From positions 1 through 43,138 of the IMG/VR virus record IMGVR_UViG_3300044513_000416: a stretch of DNA of 43,138 nucleotides; one strand, given 5' to 3'. Numbering within the stretch: the first letter of the stretch is position 1; each line of letters opens with the position of its first letter. Source of the DNA: a virus (taxonomy: Duplodnaviria; Caudoviricetes). Both the position numbers and the translations under genes were made by a program. The notes below the pieces were generated by a model. That model was given only the letters and a program-made list of their open reading frames with translations, was not told the DNA's origin and did no database searches. This document shows, in pieces, positions 42,545-43,138 of the stretch.

Positions 42545-42874
42545 CTAGGACATATTGCCTAATACCATTTCCTTTAGTTCAGTAAATCCTCCAATTGGTT
42601 TTTCATCTACTGTAATTTGTGGAAATGTTCTGGCTGTAGGAAATTTTTCTGCAAACTCCTCAAAGGTATAGTCTTCATCTAACATTCCATACTCAAAATC
42701 TAAACCTTCTCGTTCACACAATCCCTTTGCTTGAACACAAAAAGAACAATTTTCTTTTCCATATATTTTTATCATTTTCTTTCCTTTATTAAATATTCTA
42801 TCCCAATTATCGGCATAAAGTTTTTCATTAGAGTTCCTTCTTTTAGAACCTTTGCCCCCGTGCCATTGGCTCAT
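42545..42874 (-). CDS. Glutaredoxin with an in-frame 33-aa N-terminal peptide (internal start at 42775 likely)
   Basis: CSFC, RTFPQI and IGGF, with AAAGGA upstream of internal ATG 42775. Confidence 0.9.
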   Translation of the reverse strand: MSQWHGGKGSKRRNSNEKLYADNWDRIFNKGKKMIKIYGKENCSFCVQAKGLCEREGLDFEYGMLDEDYTFEEFAEKFPTARTFPQITVDEKPIGGFTELKEMVLGNMS

Positions 42875-43137
42875 TTAGCGATAACCGAATAGTTTTGTTT
42901 CTTTTCAAACTTAATAACTGACCTGAACTTATCAAATAATAAGTCTCCCTTATGTGAGATAACAAAAACATTTGCATCATCACCTATAGTATTAAGCAAG
43001 GTCATGACATAATCTGTTCCATTGTTATCCAAACTGCTGTCAAATATTTCATCTAAAATTAGTAAGTTAGTGGCAGCACTATTTTTCATTTTAGCTATTG
43101 TTCTCCATGTAAACAATAATGCTAAATCAATTCTTTG
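42871..43137 (-). CDS. gp46: gp46 Rad50-like recombination ATPase, C-terminal part (5'-truncated)
   Basis: LILDEIFDSSLD (Walker B/D-loop), ISHK and FEKKQNYS. Confidence 0.93.
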   Translation of the reverse strand, partial: QRIDLALLFTWRTIAKMKNSAATNLLILDEIFDSSLDNNGTDYVMTLLNTIGDDANVFVISHKGDLLFDKFRSVIKFEKKQNYSVIAK

Positions 43138-43138
43138 T

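Noticed and set aside
1-43138. Stop-codon reassignment or selenocysteine recoding
   Set aside because: Core genes are full length in the standard code, TAA, TAG and TGA all end genes, and redox motifs use Cys.

Overview
A 43-kb AT-rich segment of a large T4-like myovirus genome, most likely an aquatic or marine phage of a Gram-negative host. The host is an inference, and no photosynthesis genes are present. Every credible gene is on the minus strand. The window holds the T4 replication core (gp46 C-terminus, gp45, gp44, gp62, regA, gp43, uvsX, gp41, DNA ligase, gp61 primase, nrdA/nrdB) and one tRNA-Thr(UGU). It also has a block of probable internal-head/virion proteins, an M15 endolysin and holin-like genes. 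A proteostasis/redox set comprises peptide deformylase, a ClpP-like protease, a MoxR AAA+ with a vWA-metallopeptidase, Hsp20, peroxiredoxin and glutaredoxin. Many tailoring enzymes are interspersed: GT2, GNAT, sulfotransferase-like, SGNH, radical SAM, SDR, nucleotide-sugar dehydrogenase, desaturase and four unrelated nucleotidyltransferase-type proteins. Ten near-consensus sigma70-type promoters and many T4 late promoters (NATAAATA) can be read directly. The most notable observations are: (1) systematic leaderless promoter-to-ATG geometry, including the DNA polymerase and primase genes; (2) a coupled KxDG ligase-like plus HxGH nucleotidyltransferase module of unknown function; (3) an NTase-GT2-GNAT cassette behind a small late protein; (4) proteins with capsid-targeting-like N-termini that look like protease-cleaved polyproteins; (5) a ROSE-like RNA thermometer in front of hsp20; (6) an outer-membrane beta-barrel gene inserted between the two clamp-loader genes. 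Family assignments come from motif recognition only; no database search was run.
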